Source of the DNA: a virus
Lineage: Duplodnaviria > Caudoviricetes
IMG/VR virus record: IMGVR_UViG_3300015610_000633
Span: 1 to 64,000 of that record
Length of the DNA: 64,000 bases
Direction: 5' to 3' (one strand)
The notes under the pieces are model-generated. The model saw only the letters and a list, made by a program, of their open reading frames with translations. It searched no databases and had not been told where the DNA came from. A program made the position numbers and the translations under genes. Below, in pieces: positions 35,934 to 46,622 of the stretch (the stretch's first letter is position 1; each line of letters begins with the position of its first letter).

Positions 35934-36668
35934 TTAGGGCATCAAAATATATGGTTCGGGGTTCGTAGTATCTTCAACACCTTCATTGAAATCATCGGGT
36001 ACTATAGCGCTAGTTTCAAGGTCAACATCGGCAAGGGAAACATAACCCACAACGTGCTTGTTTCCTATCATGAGCCGGTTACCTTCCATGTGAACCGTTC
36101 TGTGTTTCCTAATACCTTGCGCTTGTCCCTTCGCGCTCACTTGCCCGTAATCATAGGAAGTCAGTTCCCCTTTATTGAAATCAATGTCTTCAAATATAGC
36201 AACATGTGGATCACAACACGTCATAAACGGATCACCAACATCAAACCACGAACCCCCTTCGTACACCGAGCGACTATCAAACACATGCCAAGACTTGTGT
36301 TGTTGTGGTCTAAGAATGTTCTGTTGTGGTTCCCATGGGTGCACCCCGCCATCCATGTTCCTATTGATTAGGTGTTCATCGCGAACACCGAGAAAAACCA
36401 GCACAGTGTGAACCAAGTCACCACACGAAAAATAAGGGAACTTCACCTTCCCTTGCGCATACAACTTGTTGTGTGAAGACTGCCTCCCCTCCGTTACGTA
36501 TTCAAAAATCGGATCACCCACAACCCAACCTTGATCACCATTGCAGAAATAGGAAGCGATCGCGATCGATGCCCTCCTAACCATTGCAAGATCTCTTTGT
36601 CCGTTTGAGTCTACAAGGTGAACGCGCTTCATTCTGACAAGGTTTGTCCCTTGTCTGTTTTCAGTCAA
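35934..36668 (-). CDS. Putative NlpC/P60/CHAP-like cysteine hydrolase
   Basis: YFSCGDLV (Cys) ... GDPF...HVAIF (His) spacing of a papain-like fold; last gene of the structural block. Confidence 0.45.
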   Translation of the reverse strand: MTENRQGTNLVRMKRVHLVDSNGQRDLAMVRRASIAIASYFCNGDQGWVVGDPIFEYVTEGRQSSHNKLYAQGKVKFPYFSCGDLVHTVLVFLGVRDEHLINRNMDGGVHPWEPQQNILRPQQHKSWHVFDSRSVYEGGSWFDVGDPFMTCCDPHVAIFEDIDFNKGELTSYDYGQVSAKGQAQGIRKHRTVHMEGNRLMIGNKHVVGYVSLADVDLETSAIVPDDFNEGVEDTTNPEPYILMP

Positions 36669-36671
36669 CTT

Positions 36672-38264
36672 TCACTCAATCGACCAATCAACAAGGTATG
36701 CGATCGCGGTGTTAGGTGTGGGTGCGACTGAAGTACCAAAGATTGTGTCAACCTCAAGATCACAATAACCGGGAACTTCGATCGTAGTCCATACCAACAA
36801 CGTGTACCCTGTACCACTCTTCAAAAATGTTGAATCGGCACTAAAGTGAAGATTCTCTTGAATCGCGGTTGTTGTGGTTGGGTACAATGCCATCGCGTTA
36901 TTCACCTTGTTCATCAATGGTACTTCATCATCTGAACCCGGTGTGTATGTGTAGCTTAGAGCTACTCGAATGCGTGCCTTCTTGGCATTGGGGGGAATGA
37001 TCTGCCTAGTAGGGAATCGCGCAAGGGAAGCGGTATGTGTACCCGCTGAAACGTTGGGATTGCTTGCCGATTGAGGGGATATCCAAAACTTCCCTTTGCT
37101 TCCCAAAGTACCCCGAACAGTACCACCCGCATCAACCCAACCCGCGGTGACACAGAAAAGTTCAGTAGTTTGAACAGTCCCTACCAAACCCGAAGCGGTA
37201 GGGAGTGACATGGTGTAAGTAGTAGTTCCAAACGTTCCGCTAATCTTGTTCGTGATAATAGGAATCCCTTCACGTTGCGGTTTACGAGGGGAAGTGGTTG
37301 CATCGGAGTATTTAGCCCATCGAGGAAGGCCAAAGGGAAACGCAAGGTACATAAACCAGAACTGGCTTGCCGATGGTGTCCACGTCGGATCATAGTTCGC
37401 TGTGTCCTGAACATCGATCATCAATGGGGAACTTGCGACCGCTGTACCATCCCCCCAACGTACCCTTTGAGTACGATAACTCACATCAATGATCGGTTTG
37501 ATCTTGTGTTGATCCGTTAGGTCATAAGCAAGATAAACTTCGTGGTACTTGGGTGTGTTTTCGCTGACTTCTGTTATGTCGTTAGCCCTTGCACCCACCA
37601 ACGGCCTAACGTCGAAAATGTCAACGCCGTCAAAATCCGTTGTACCATCGGGAACCACCAACACAGCGATCGGCATCCACCCATCAACAAGGCCAGGCCA
37701 GGCTGAAGAAGCTGAACCGGTGCGAATGCGGTATTCAAGCTTCTTACCGGTAACTTTGACAAGGGAAGCGACAGTGAACAACCCCGTTCCAGGATCATAC
37801 ACATCACGGGAACTTGTTTCGTAATCGTAGTTGATCACCTTACATTCAACAATGTCAACCCGACCTGTACCCGATGAGTTAGGGGTTAGGGTAAGAGTAC
37901 CCGTTGATTGTACCCCTTCATCATCAACCATAACGACGTTGTAATCGTCCGCCCCCACATCGGCGGTTAGTTGTACCTGCAACACCTGACCGGCTGTAAT
38001 AAGGGCATCGGTGGTGCCGTTGATTGGGTAGAAGTGAAGACCATGAAGAACAACCCCGCGAATCGGCCGATCTGATTCTAGCGGATCGGGGTATGATTCA
38101 TTCATTGAATAATAGGGTGTACCCGTGCTTGGGTAGTAAGACAGCAACAACGAACGAGCGAACATAGCAAGCTCATGGCTTGAGAACGCTTGACCCCTGT
38201 TGAAGTCGGTTGAAAGTGCCCGCTCTCGGGTGTTGAACTTCAGTGATTTCGTTGTACTTGACAT
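36672..38264 (-). CDS. Baseplate-associated / tail fibre protein
   Basis: Follows the baseplate wedge genes; T/S/G-rich and beta-rich. Confidence 0.55.
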   Translation of the reverse strand: MSSTTKSLKFNTRERALSTDFNRGQAFSSHELAMFARSLLLSYYPSTGTPYYSMNESYPDPLESDRPIRGVVLHGLHFYPINGTTDALITAGQVLQVQLTADVGADDYNVVMVDDEGVQSTGTLTLTPNSSGTGRVDIVECKVINYDYETSSRDVYDPGTGLFTVASLVKVTGKKLEYRIRTGSASSAWPGLVDGWMPIAVLVVPDGTTDFDGVDIFDVRPLVGARANDITEVSENTPKYHEVYLAYDLTDQHKIKPIIDVSYRTQRVRWGDGTAVASSPLMIDVQDTANYDPTWTPSASQFWFMYLAFPFGLPRWAKYSDATTSPRKPQREGIPIITNKISGTFGTTTYTMSLPTASGLVGTVQTTELFCVTAGWVDAGGTVRGTLGSKGKFWISPQSASNPNVSAGTHTASLARFPTRQIIPPNAKKARIRVALSYTYTPGSDDEVPLMNKVNNAMALYPTTTTAIQENLHFSADSTFLKSGTGYTLLVWTTIEVPGYCDLEVDTIFGTSVAPTPNTAIAYLVDWSIE

Positions 38265-38281
38265 TGTTCAGTTCTCACTAA

Positions 38282-39874
38282 TCAGAAGAAACCATCAGGG
38301 GGGGTTCGATACAGTATAAAGCCAACACCACCGGCCCTACGTGTATCGACAGCAGCGTGAAGACGTTTGTAAATCGTTGTTTCGGTTACAGGGTAACCGT
38401 CAAGCGCTATTGTATCCAAGTCAAGCGCGTTGTCGGGGTAGTCATCGAACGAGAACCCAAAATCACCCCAACCGAGTTGGGGAACATGAACGACAATGAA
38501 AGCCCTGAACTCGGTGAAATCAAACAACCACTTGAATCGATCGTTTTCTACAACAGTCGGATCATAATCAAACGCGTCAACGTCGAGATAAAAACCAGGT
38601 AGTTCTTCAAAACCGGGTGGTTCTCTAACCGTGACTTCAAAGTTGTATGGTGACACAACCGAGTTCACGCCTCGCTTGATCGCGTTAGGGGTTATCACAT
38701 CACCGACCCGAGCAATACGGCGCCTATATTGTGAGTCAGTTTCACCACTAACGCGGCTAATGTTTCGCTCTTTACCGAGTTGATCAAGAATGGCCGCTTT
38801 ACCGCCGTTAGGTCGCTCTTCATTGGTAACTGTAACGGCCCAATCATTAGACCATGAACGCATTCGCCACGAAGCCGTATTTACTTCTTCAACGAACACG
38901 GTTTCATAAATCACCGCTATTTCGGGATCTAGTACATTGTCACAATCGATCACAGCGGTTGACGTATCGCATGTGATCGATAGTCCTGAACCAAGTGCAA
39001 ACGAACCGGTCTTTATACCGATTGTTATGCAACTCTTTGTACCCGGCCCTTGCGAAACACGGTGAACAATACCAACGGCGTTGGTTGTGGTCTGCCTACA
39101 TGTTTCGCCTTCTTGAATATCCCCGGTGATTGTCGATTCAATCACCCACAAACGTTCTAGTTCTATTGTGCCACCGATGGGTGGGTTAGCCGTTAGGTCA
39201 GGCCCCGTGTAGCTAATAACCCGAGCAATCAACCCAAGATTAGAACCATCAATGAACTCGATTGTTTGTCCTACGTGTTCAGGTATAGGTACATCAGATT
39301 CATTAGCGGCAACGAGGTAAACGCTACCCGTAGCAGGTACGATCTTGATCGTGCCGTGTTCATTTTCGAAATCGCTACCAGGTTGCGTTATAACGTTCAA
39401 GGTGTGCGGGTGGGGGTAGTTGTACCCGTACCCGATAAGTTCAGCCTCACATTCAACGTATAGAGGCCCGTGTTCACCGGGGTTGAACACTACCGGGGTC
39501 AAGAAAAGGTACTTACGCCCCGTGTTGATTCGTTGTGTGCCCGTTTTGCTGTAATCAATCGCGCGTTCTTCAATGGTTGTATTAGTTCCCATTATGAGCG
39601 GCAAAAACACATCATTAGAACGCTCGACTGTAATCATAACCCGCGCCTTGCTACCACCCGAAGCAGGTTCAGCAGTTTGCCCACTGTAAGGCAAAATAAA
39701 CGCGGCTTCGGTTGAAGTTTCGATTGCTCTCGAAACCATTTCAAGTTGTGCCAACCCTTGGTTGTAAGCTTCAAGCCCACCACCGTCACCCGCCGTAATA
39801 TACGGATCATGGTAACTAGGATCGGTTGCAGCCTTCCAAACGTTGAGCAACTCTTCGCGGGTGTAGAAGGTCAT
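38282..39874 (-). CDS. Baseplate wedge protein (gpI-like C-terminus)
   Basis: LDQLGKERNISRVSGETDSQYRRRI motif; directly downstream of the gpJ-like gene. Confidence 0.65.
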   Translation of the reverse strand: MTFYTREELLNVWKAATDPSYHDPYITAGDGGGLEAYNQGLAQLEMVSRAIETSTEAAFILPYSGQTAEPASGGSKARVMITVERSNDVFLPLIMGTNTTIEERAIDYSKTGTQRINTGRKYLFLTPVVFNPGEHGPLYVECEAELIGYGYNYPHPHTLNVITQPGSDFENEHGTIKIVPATGSVYLVAANESDVPIPEHVGQTIEFIDGSNLGLIARVISYTGPDLTANPPIGGTIELERLWVIESTITGDIQEGETCRQTTTNAVGIVHRVSQGPGTKSCITIGIKTGSFALGSGLSITCDTSTAVIDCDNVLDPEIAVIYETVFVEEVNTASWRMRSWSNDWAVTVTNEERPNGGKAAILDQLGKERNISRVSGETDSQYRRRIARVGDVITPNAIKRGVNSVVSPYNFEVTVREPPGFEELPGFYLDVDAFDYDPTVVENDRFKWLFDFTEFRAFIVVHVPQLGWGDFGFSFDDYPDNALDLDTIALDGYPVTETTIYKRLHAAVDTRRAGGVGFILYRTPPDGFF

Positions 39875-40983
39875 AAGTTCACCAACTGTATGTTTGCGGG
39901 TGTTGTACGAATGGCAACACCGAGATCGGGCACCACATCAGCTACGGGTTCAACGATCGTGTTTTCATCGGGGATCAAGCCTGCTGTCTTATACCCTTCG
40001 AGAATCGAGTACAATCCACCGATCGTCAACTTGCCGTTTACTGGTAGGTTGTTGACGTATGTTTGAACCGCGCCCCTAATGCTTCGCGCTAGTGTATCAG
40101 TATCAACGTTAGCCTTGAACACTAGCTTCAACTTGATCGTGATGATGTACGGGATCGAAGTATCAACCACAACACCGATCCCGGCTGCTCGCCAATCATC
40201 CAAGTTGATTCGTGTCTGATAGGCTAGAGCTTTCGATGCGATGCCCGAACCGTCGGCTATGTACAACTTCACTATACGCGCGGGTTCGGCGCCACTTGTA
40301 AGAACTTCTTCGGCTTTAGCACTCACTACACCCGGTGTTTGAATCCCGCCTTGTTCAATGGCTGCTAGTGTGCCGCGCCTTGCAGTTATGAAGAAGTTGC
40401 GAAGCCTAGTTTTGAAAGTGTCATCGTCTTCGACATCTTCACCACCCGCGCTAGCTTCTTCATTGTTTACTTGAAGCGTTTGATCGAAAAGCAAACCGGG
40501 TTCCATGAACTGTCTAAGCGTATTCTTACCCGTTTGAGTATTCTTACCGGCTTGAACTGCTTTGACCTTGCATGAACTAACGAGATCACTAGCTCCAAAC
40601 ACCGCGATCGTTGTGGTGATGTATTCAATACCCGTTAGGGTTGCGATCTTAGTTCCAACGGGCACTTCACCTGCACCCGCATCAAATGTTGATCGGGTGA
40701 TCTGTACCGTAGTCACGGCATTCGATGCACCCTTTCTAACTTCTTGGTATCGATCCCATGCGTAACGGTCGAGTAGTTCGTCGAAACAACTGTCTAGAAA
40801 CAATCCCGCTAGCTTGTAAGCCAGTTGAAGCACCAACTGAAAAGCTACGGCGGCCATTGAACCCACGAAGATGTTCACATCTGAACCTTCGGTATCGACT
40901 TGATTAGGGTCGATTCTCGGGTTGTGATCGATCACATAGGACCGGCCCGTTTGTTGAAGATCAAGTCTGCTAGGTAGATCCAT
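39871..40983 (-). CDS. Baseplate J-like (gp47) wedge protein
   Basis: LDRYAWDR...RKGA, GGEDVEDDDTFKTR, RRGTLAAI, PGVVSA, YIADGSG. Confidence 0.85.
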   Translation of the reverse strand: MDLPSRLDLQQTGRSYVIDHNPRIDPNQVDTEGSDVNIFVGSMAAVAFQLVLQLAYKLAGLFLDSCFDELLDRYAWDRYQEVRKGASNAVTTVQITRSTFDAGAGEVPVGTKIATLTGIEYITTTIAVFGASDLVSSCKVKAVQAGKNTQTGKNTLRQFMEPGLLFDQTLQVNNEEASAGGEDVEDDDTFKTRLRNFFITARRGTLAAIEQGGIQTPGVVSAKAEEVLTSGAEPARIVKLYIADGSGIASKALAYQTRINLDDWRAAGIGVVVDTSIPYIITIKLKLVFKANVDTDTLARSIRGAVQTYVNNLPVNGKLTIGGLYSILEGYKTAGLIPDENTIVEPVADVVPDLGVAIRTTPANIQLVNL

Positions 40984-41864
40984 AATCCAACCTCGAAACC
41001 CTTTTCAATGGTGAACTTCAACCCGATCTTTGTCTTCACTTGTATCGATAGTTTGACAAGGTTCGGGTACAACTTGTTTGGTGTGAATGTTACCGAGACG
41101 TTAGACACTTCGGGTTCACGTCGAAGTTGTAGTTCAAGATCCGACGCTAGTTTTTGCCGTTCAGTAGCTCGTGAAAGTTTCTTGGTATATTTTTCGATGC
41201 CTATGCCATAACCGGGCATGTGAGTGAACCCGTTCTTGTTGGTGACAATGCGCCGAAGTATGCGCTTACGAAGAGCAGTTTCACCTTCATCAAACCCATA
41301 ATCACCGTTATCGTCTACATTGAAAACACCCAAGTATTGATCAAGTGCAAACGGTAGGGGGTCAGCAAACGCTTGTTTAGTTTGCGGTGATGCAATATCG
41401 CGTTGTGGCACTTGCAGATCAAAAACATTTTTTTGAAGTACTTTGAATGAACCATAAAAACCATATTGAGCATAACAAGGGTCAATCGTGGTTACCTTGT
41501 CAACGGTCCAAATATTCGAACATGTAAGCTTGTATCTTGCAGGGTACGGGGTCATTGCTCGGTCAAGCCATATGAGAACCGAAGAAGGGTTTATTAGCTC
41601 CGTTTTCACGGCTGTAACCGTTCGACAATGCAACCCGTTGTTACCTATACTTTCGATAGCTTCGAATGCATAACTATCAGGGTTTGAACCGTCTTTCACA
41701 TCAAGAAGCAGGCTGTAATAAATAGGTTCAGAGAAGTCGACTTGAACCGCGTTTTCACGAACGGCTACGGCTTGTTCAATACCAAACGAACCGGTTGATT
41801 CTGGGCTACCGTAAGGCGTAACGCCCCAACCCGTACCGTAAAACTTTTCGTCACAAGTGGTCAT
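40932..41864 (-). CDS. Baseplate protein with a C-terminal gp25/gpW-like domain
   Basis: GETALRKRILRRIVTNKNGFTHMPGYGIG...LRREPEV. Confidence 0.7.
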   Translation of the reverse strand: MTTCDEKFYGTGWGVTPYGSPESTGSFGIEQAVAVRENAVQVDFSEPIYYSLLLDVKDGSNPDSYAFEAIESIGNNGLHCRTVTAVKTELINPSSVLIWLDRAMTPYPARYKLTCSNIWTVDKVTTIDPCYAQYGFYGSFKVLQKNVFDLQVPQRDIASPQTKQAFADPLPFALDQYLGVFNVDDNGDYGFDEGETALRKRILRRIVTNKNGFTHMPGYGIGIEKYTKKLSRATERQKLASDLELQLRREPEVSNVSVTFTPNKLYPNLVKLSIQVKTKIGLKFTIEKGFEVGLWIYLADLIFNKRAGPM

Positions 41865-41876
41865 GTGTTTGGTGTC

Positions 41877-41896
41877 ACGTCTAACCGGGTAGACGT
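41877..41896. repeat. 20-bp palindrome copy 11
   Basis: Exact match; 12 nt before the ATG of the gp25-like gene. Confidence 0.97.
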
Positions 41897-42216
41897 CAAG
41901 GGCGAAGTGTTGGGGTGTTGTCGCTCGATGGTTCTTTGGCTTCCGATGTGATGATGTCTGTCACACCTTCGATCACGTTACCTTTTCTGATTTTGTCCAG
42001 ACCAGCCAAGATCACATCGCTACGAATCATCAAGCCTTCGATGAAGTCGCAAAACCCATCAAGTCGGGTACCATCTTCGGGTTTGATCTTCTTGCGAATG
42101 ACTAGGACAATGATTCGAAGAATGCCTATCACAAGCGGGTACAACGCCAGTATCAATAGCCAATGGGCATCAACCCATCGCGTAACCGCTTCAACCAAGT
42201 TCGTCAGTTGTTCCAT
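41896..42216 (-). CDS. Small membrane protein (holin candidate)
   Basis: One hydrophobic segment WLLILALYPLVIGILRIIVLVI followed by RKK. Confidence 0.4.
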   Translation of the reverse strand: MEQLTNLVEAVTRWVDAHWLLILALYPLVIGILRIIVLVIRKKIKPEDGTRLDGFCDFIEGLMIRSDVILAGLDKIRKGNVIEGVTDIITSEAKEPSSDNTPTLRP

Positions 42217-42557
42217 GATTGGGGTTTATCACGAAACACGAACGAGTCAGTTTGCGAGCGTAACCCGCGAACTAGGTAGTGTATGAACTGCGCTATAAAG
42301 CCCCCAATCATACCGAAGACAGAATACTTACCCACTGCTACTAGTGCGCGTTTAGAGTCTTTCTTAGCGCCTTCGCTCGCTCGTGTTGCGGCTAGTATGT
42401 TAGCCTCCATTGTAGTCAACTTGTTCATCAATGTCGTTTGATACTCTTGATCTTTCTGTTTATGGGCTACCAGTGCAGCCCCGAACTTTTCAACCGAAGA
42501 GCAAACAGCATCAACTTTCGTTGACAATGTTTCAACCTGTTTAGTGAGTTCGTTCAT
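42204..42557 (-). CDS. Coiled-coil protein with a C-terminal hydrophobic segment (lysis-associated candidate)
   Basis: Heptad N-terminus plus YSVFGMIGGFIAQFIHYLV. Confidence 0.4.
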   Translation of the reverse strand: MNELTKQVETLSTKVDAVCSSVEKFGAALVAHKQKDQEYQTTLMNKLTTMEANILAATRASEGAKKDSKRALVAVGKYSVFGMIGGFIAQFIHYLVRGLRSQTDSFVFRDKPQSWNN

Positions 42558-42641
42558 CGCGCGTGGTCCTACACGTTGGGTATGATCTAGGATCTAGCGC
42601 TTTGAAAAATCAAACTCAAACCCCCGACATACGAGCGATGT

Positions 42642-43256
42642 TCACTTAGGAAGTGAATCGGTTTTGCTGATTTTTGCGTCTTCGGTTTCGGTATTAGCTC
42701 CCGAAATAACCCGCAAGATCGGCGTGTACCATCGCAACAACTCTTGGTTCATGACCTTAGTCGGATCAATGAACGCACTAGGTTCATGACACACTTCGAT
42801 CGCGGCCCTAAGAAGCTTCACTTCATGCGGTGAAAGATCAAACAACGCACCTTCAAGGTTAGCTTCCATGAGCTTGCGATGTTTTTCATTGTCTTCTTTG
42901 AATGCGATCGCGAACTCGATAGGTACAGGTTCAGAAGAACCAACAAATGGGTATTGTTCCCTAAGCTCGGTTTCTGCTTTGGTTACAACTTCCCATTGCT
43001 TATCATGCTTGGCTTGTTGAGCTTTGATCTTGCGTTCAATGTCATATGCGACTTGACCTTTTTGAAACCCGGCAAATGCATTAGAACACAACAATCGAAG
43101 TATGCAATCGGCGGTTGCGTGAACAATCGGGTAAGCACGATCAAGTGGCCACACTCCGCGGTAACGGATCTTGATCGGTTCGGGCATTACTTCCGATGAC
43201 TTTGGCTTTAGCTTTTCTTTCATTTCGCGCCTGCTCTTCTTGAAGTCGACTTTCAA
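42642..43256 (-). CDS. Hypothetical protein (start uncertain)
   Basis: Long ORF on the coding strand. Confidence 0.55.
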   Translation of the reverse strand: MKVDFKKSRREMKEKLKPKSSEVMPEPIKIRYRGVWPLDRAYPIVHATADCILRLLCSNAFAGFQKGQVAYDIERKIKAQQAKHDKQWEVVTKAETELREQYPFVGSSEPVPIEFAIAFKEDNEKHRKLMEANLEGALFDLSPHEVKLLRAAIEVCHEPSAFIDPTKVMNQELLRWYTPILRVISGANTETEDAKISKTDSLPK

Positions 43257-43512
43257 TCAACTTCACTTTATTAGCCAACTCATTGTGCAAAGCTCGTTCT
43301 TTTTGTGCAAGCTCATCCTTCAATGATTGTTCAGAAGCGATCAACATACCCTTTTCTTCTCGTAGTTGGTTCGCAAGTTCAGACTCAGCAACAAACTGTG
43401 AATGCAATGATTGAAGCTTAGCTTCGAGTTCTGCGATCTTAGCCTTACATTCGGCGGTTTCTTGTTGTGACTTTACCAAGTCTGACAACGGCACAAGTTC
43501 TTCAGTGGTCAT
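43141..43512 (-). CDS. Coiled-coil hypothetical protein
   Basis: ATG 26 nt after a palindrome copy; heptad repeats. Confidence 0.55.
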   Translation of the reverse strand: MTTEELVPLSDLVKSQQETAECKAKIAELEAKLQSLHSQFVAESELANQLREEKGMLIASEQSLKDELAQKERALHNELANKVKLIESRLQEEQARNERKAKAKVIGSNARTDQDPLPRSVAT

Positions 43513-43538
43513 GCGTTAGCTATAGCACGAAAGAACCC

Positions 43539-43558
43539 ACGTCTAACCGGGTAGACGT
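43539..43558. repeat. 20-bp palindrome copy 12
   Basis: Exact match; intergenic. Confidence 0.97.
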
Positions 43559-44253
43559 TATGGCGTGTAGAATGGTGGTATCTTTGCAACTGTACCGATT
43601 ATGGTCGATTGATATAGTATGTTTGCAGCATGTATAAACAAGTAACCACCCGTGATCGTAGGTAGCGAAGTGACGATCAACCTACCCATAACGATCCCGC
43701 ATGGTTCAACATCGGCGGTATCAATACGAGACGCCGAACCCCCAACGATTGCCAACGTCGAAGAATCAACCCTTTGCTTGTATTGTGGCGTGGTTGTTAT
43801 ATCAACCGTGTTATATGCTATTTCAATCTGCTTTTCAGCATGAAACACGGCTTGATTATATGCTTTTGCGTATGTGTAATAATAGGTTGCTGTGAATGTT
43901 CCTGAAATATTGGTTCCGTTATGTGACCAGTGAAGATGCAAATCAAGCGTACTTTCACTAGCCACATCGCGAGGTAGGTTTGTTGTGATGTCTACAACGT
44001 CAGAAGCCGCAAATGACCATTCATAAGCGTTACCCCCTCGATATTGTCGCAATGTTGGTGTACCTGCACCCGACGTTTTCGGTTGAAAAACGCCGTTTGT
44101 TTCCATGAATGTTAGTGCGGGTGAAGCGGGGTTTGTGTATATGCCTGAACCTTTGCTTGGGTTCAATACAAGCCCGTTATCAGTCAATGAATGCGGCGAT
44201 GATGACCCGCTAGGGTAGTAGATCATTGCGCCGGGTGATTTTTTCCAAGCCAT
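43558..44253 (-). CDS. Probable virion/fibre-associated protein
   Basis: Directly downstream of the tail fibre gene; beta-rich. Confidence 0.5.
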   Translation of the reverse strand: MAWKKSPGAMIYYPSGSSSPHSLTDNGLVLNPSKGSGIYTNPASPALTFMETNGVFQPKTSGAGTPTLRQYRGGNAYEWSFAASDVVDITTNLPRDVASESTLDLHLHWSHNGTNISGTFTATYYYTYAKAYNQAVFHAEKQIEIAYNTVDITTTPQYKQRVDSSTLAIVGGSASRIDTADVEPCGIVMGRLIVTSLPTITGGYLFIHAANILYQSTIIGTVAKIPPFYTP

Positions 44254-44257
44254 TTGA

Positions 44258-46606
44258 TCACGCTTTCTGAACGTCTACGAGTTGAACCAATGCAGAACAC
44301 CGCAACGCGTTTGTACCTGCTGTTTTTGAAAATGTCAGTCGAAGATTTGTACCCGAACCACTAAGAGCCAAACCCCAATCAGTCGGTGTTGTGGTTGAAC
44401 CTTCAACGTCACCCGCGTCAATGACTGTCACAGTACCCGAATTGTTTTTGATCAATGCGTTGGTTAGTTTCAACCGGCCTACATTTGTGAATGAAGCAGA
44501 CGTTGCAACCATCCAGACATCAACAGAATAGATCCTATTTGATCGGGTTATTATTTCTTGATCGGCCGAAGGGCCAGCCATTAGATTGACGCTTGCACTA
44601 GCAGAAGCAGCGGTTACACCCGACACTTGAACACGGCTGTTTTGAGGGTTGCCCGAAGCGTTACCCGAAGCATGTGCAACCTCGCCATAACTGGCCGCAT
44701 ACGCATAATAACCCATTGCGATCGCGGTAACATTTGCAGCGGTGTTCAATATACCCACTGCAAACGCACTGTTACCCGAAGCAGTGTTTTGATTGCCGAA
44801 AGCCATAGCGGCAAACACGCTTGTAGTGTTGCTATACCCAACACAAACCGAATAATCGGCCGTTGCAATATTAAAACCGCCTATACATACCGAAACCGAA
44901 CCTGATGAACTATTGGAAGCACCGATCGCGATTGCATAATTATTTGAAGTCGTATTACTAACGCCTATGCATGTCGAGTCGTTACCCGAAGCCGTATTAG
45001 AACGACCCCACCAAATACCACCGTTACCCGAAGAGCCTGAACCTATTTGACCGCGCTGTGTTGACCCGTGGTAAAACTCAATATATCCCGATCGGGTTGT
45101 ACCAGTTCCCGAATAGAACTGGAGCTTGCCACCGATTGTAGTTGTACCGGTTGCGTTTTGAGCCTGTATCGCAAATGCGGCACCGGTTGCACTATTGGTT
45201 GTAATATCCTGTTGATAAAAACCAACTGTACCTGTTAGCGATGACACGAAGGTCAAATATTTACCCGTCGGTGATAGTTGCATTCGATCAACACCACCCG
45301 TTCTAAGATATATTGAACCGTTTGCAGTACCACCCGAACCTGAACCGAGAATAAGATCGCCACCCGTAGTTGCTGCATTTTGAGCCAGCAAATACATAGT
45401 CGCACCTTTAGCGGCTAGCGTTGCCGAAATATAATAAGTAACTGAAGTACACGTTGATGAAGCCAAAATATTCAAATCGGTTGTGTCGCCATACATGATG
45501 AGATTCAAGTTATCAGTATAAAAACCAAATGTGCCCACTTCGGGCATATACGCCATTACACGATTGTTGTTTACACCATCGCCCAGATAAACAGTAGTAT
45601 CAACCCAACTAAGTGTTTTGAACGGTGTACCCAAACCATCGGCATCACCGCCATATATTGCCGCACCGTCATTAGTTAGAAAATACAAACCCGAGTTAGT
45701 TATTTTCGCGACATCGCTTGCAGTATCAAACCGAAAATATGTTGAACCCGTTAGAGCCGCGTTGATAAACAATGAAGGTACATTTGACCCACCGAATGTA
45801 AGCGTGTCATCGGCTACTGACACCGCATTGTAATCAGTACCGCTATTACGAAACGCCGCGATCGTAGTGTTTGATTCGGTACGAATGCAACCCGTTGTTG
45901 CGGGTGTCGTTCCGAACTTCACGGCGGTCAACGTCGGTGTTGAAGAGTATACCGGTGAGCTACTTGTAACCCCGGCTAGTACGGTGCCCGTAGTGCCTTG
46001 GGGCAAATCGGAAAGTGAAAGGGTAGCGGCTGCAACAACCCCCGCAGTTGCCTTTAGGACGCCCGTCAACGTGCCGATCGTTAGTCCTGATACCGTAGGG
46101 GTAGAAGTGAAGTTAGAAGAAGCACCGGTGCCTGCTAGCACGGTGCCCGATGCCCCAACGGGAAGGGAACCCGCCAACAAGTCGGTGAAGATTGTTTCAA
46201 GGGCTTCGGCCCAACCCTTTACCGATAGGCCCGTAGCGTGTTCGGCCATTTCACCGAATGCGGGGAAACGCCAACCCCTGCGAACAGTTGCACCCGCGTT
46301 GTCTTTAGTGACTCCGATCAAACGCGTTTGTACATTGCCGCTAGTGCTTTGCCCGTTCGTGGTAAGTCGAACAAGGTACGTACCCGGTTGATCGGGTGTG
46401 AAAGTAGCAGTAGCCGATGTCGCGTTAGTTAGTGTCGCGCTGCTACCCGTTGGAATGTCTAGCAGTTCCCAAAGATAGGAAGTGTTACCCGCTAGGGTAG
46501 AAACCAGGTTGATCGCTTGTTGGTTCCACAAACCCGAACGCGCAAGGCCCGCCGTTCCCGTACCTGCACCGCTTGGTTGATCGATTCGTATCTTTGCGCC
46601 GGGCAT
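44258..46606 (-). CDS. Tail fibre / adhesin-like protein with YadA/Hep-Hag-type repeats
   Basis: PKD-like N-terminus (SYLWEL...ATATFTPDQPGTYLVRLT); repeated AIAIG/SVCIG/AFAVG 14-residue units. Confidence 0.75.
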   Translation of the reverse strand: MPGAKIRIDQPSGAGTGTAGLARSGLWNQQAINLVSTLAGNTSYLWELLDIPTGSSATLTNATSATATFTPDQPGTYLVRLTTNGQSTSGNVQTRLIGVTKDNAGATVRRGWRFPAFGEMAEHATGLSVKGWAEALETIFTDLLAGSLPVGASGTVLAGTGASSNFTSTPTVSGLTIGTLTGVLKATAGVVAAATLSLSDLPQGTTGTVLAGVTSSSPVYSSTPTLTAVKFGTTPATTGCIRTESNTTIAAFRNSGTDYNAVSVADDTLTFGGSNVPSLFINAALTGSTYFRFDTASDVAKITNSGLYFLTNDGAAIYGGDADGLGTPFKTLSWVDTTVYLGDGVNNNRVMAYMPEVGTFGFYTDNLNLIMYGDTTDLNILASSTCTSVTYYISATLAAKGATMYLLAQNAATTGGDLILGSGSGGTANGSIYLRTGGVDRMQLSPTGKYLTFVSSLTGTVGFYQQDITTNSATGAAFAIQAQNATGTTTIGGKLQFYSGTGTTRSGYIEFYHGSTQRGQIGSGSSGNGGIWWGRSNTASGNDSTCIGVSNTTSNNYAIAIGASNSSSGSVSVCIGGFNIATADYSVCVGYSNTTSVFAAMAFGNQNTASGNSAFAVGILNTAANVTAIAMGYYAYAASYGEVAHASGNASGNPQNSRVQVSGVTAASASASVNLMAGPSADQEIITRSNRIYSVDVWMVATSASFTNVGRLKLTNALIKNNSGTVTVIDAGDVEGSTTTPTDWGLALSGSGTNLRLTFSKTAGTNALRCSALVQLVDVQKA

Positions 46607-46622
46607 TGTGTGAACTTTCTTT

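Noticed and set aside
36672-46606. Diversity-generating retroelement or invertible tail-fibre cassette
   Set aside because: No reverse transcriptase, TR/VR repeat pair or invertase is visible.
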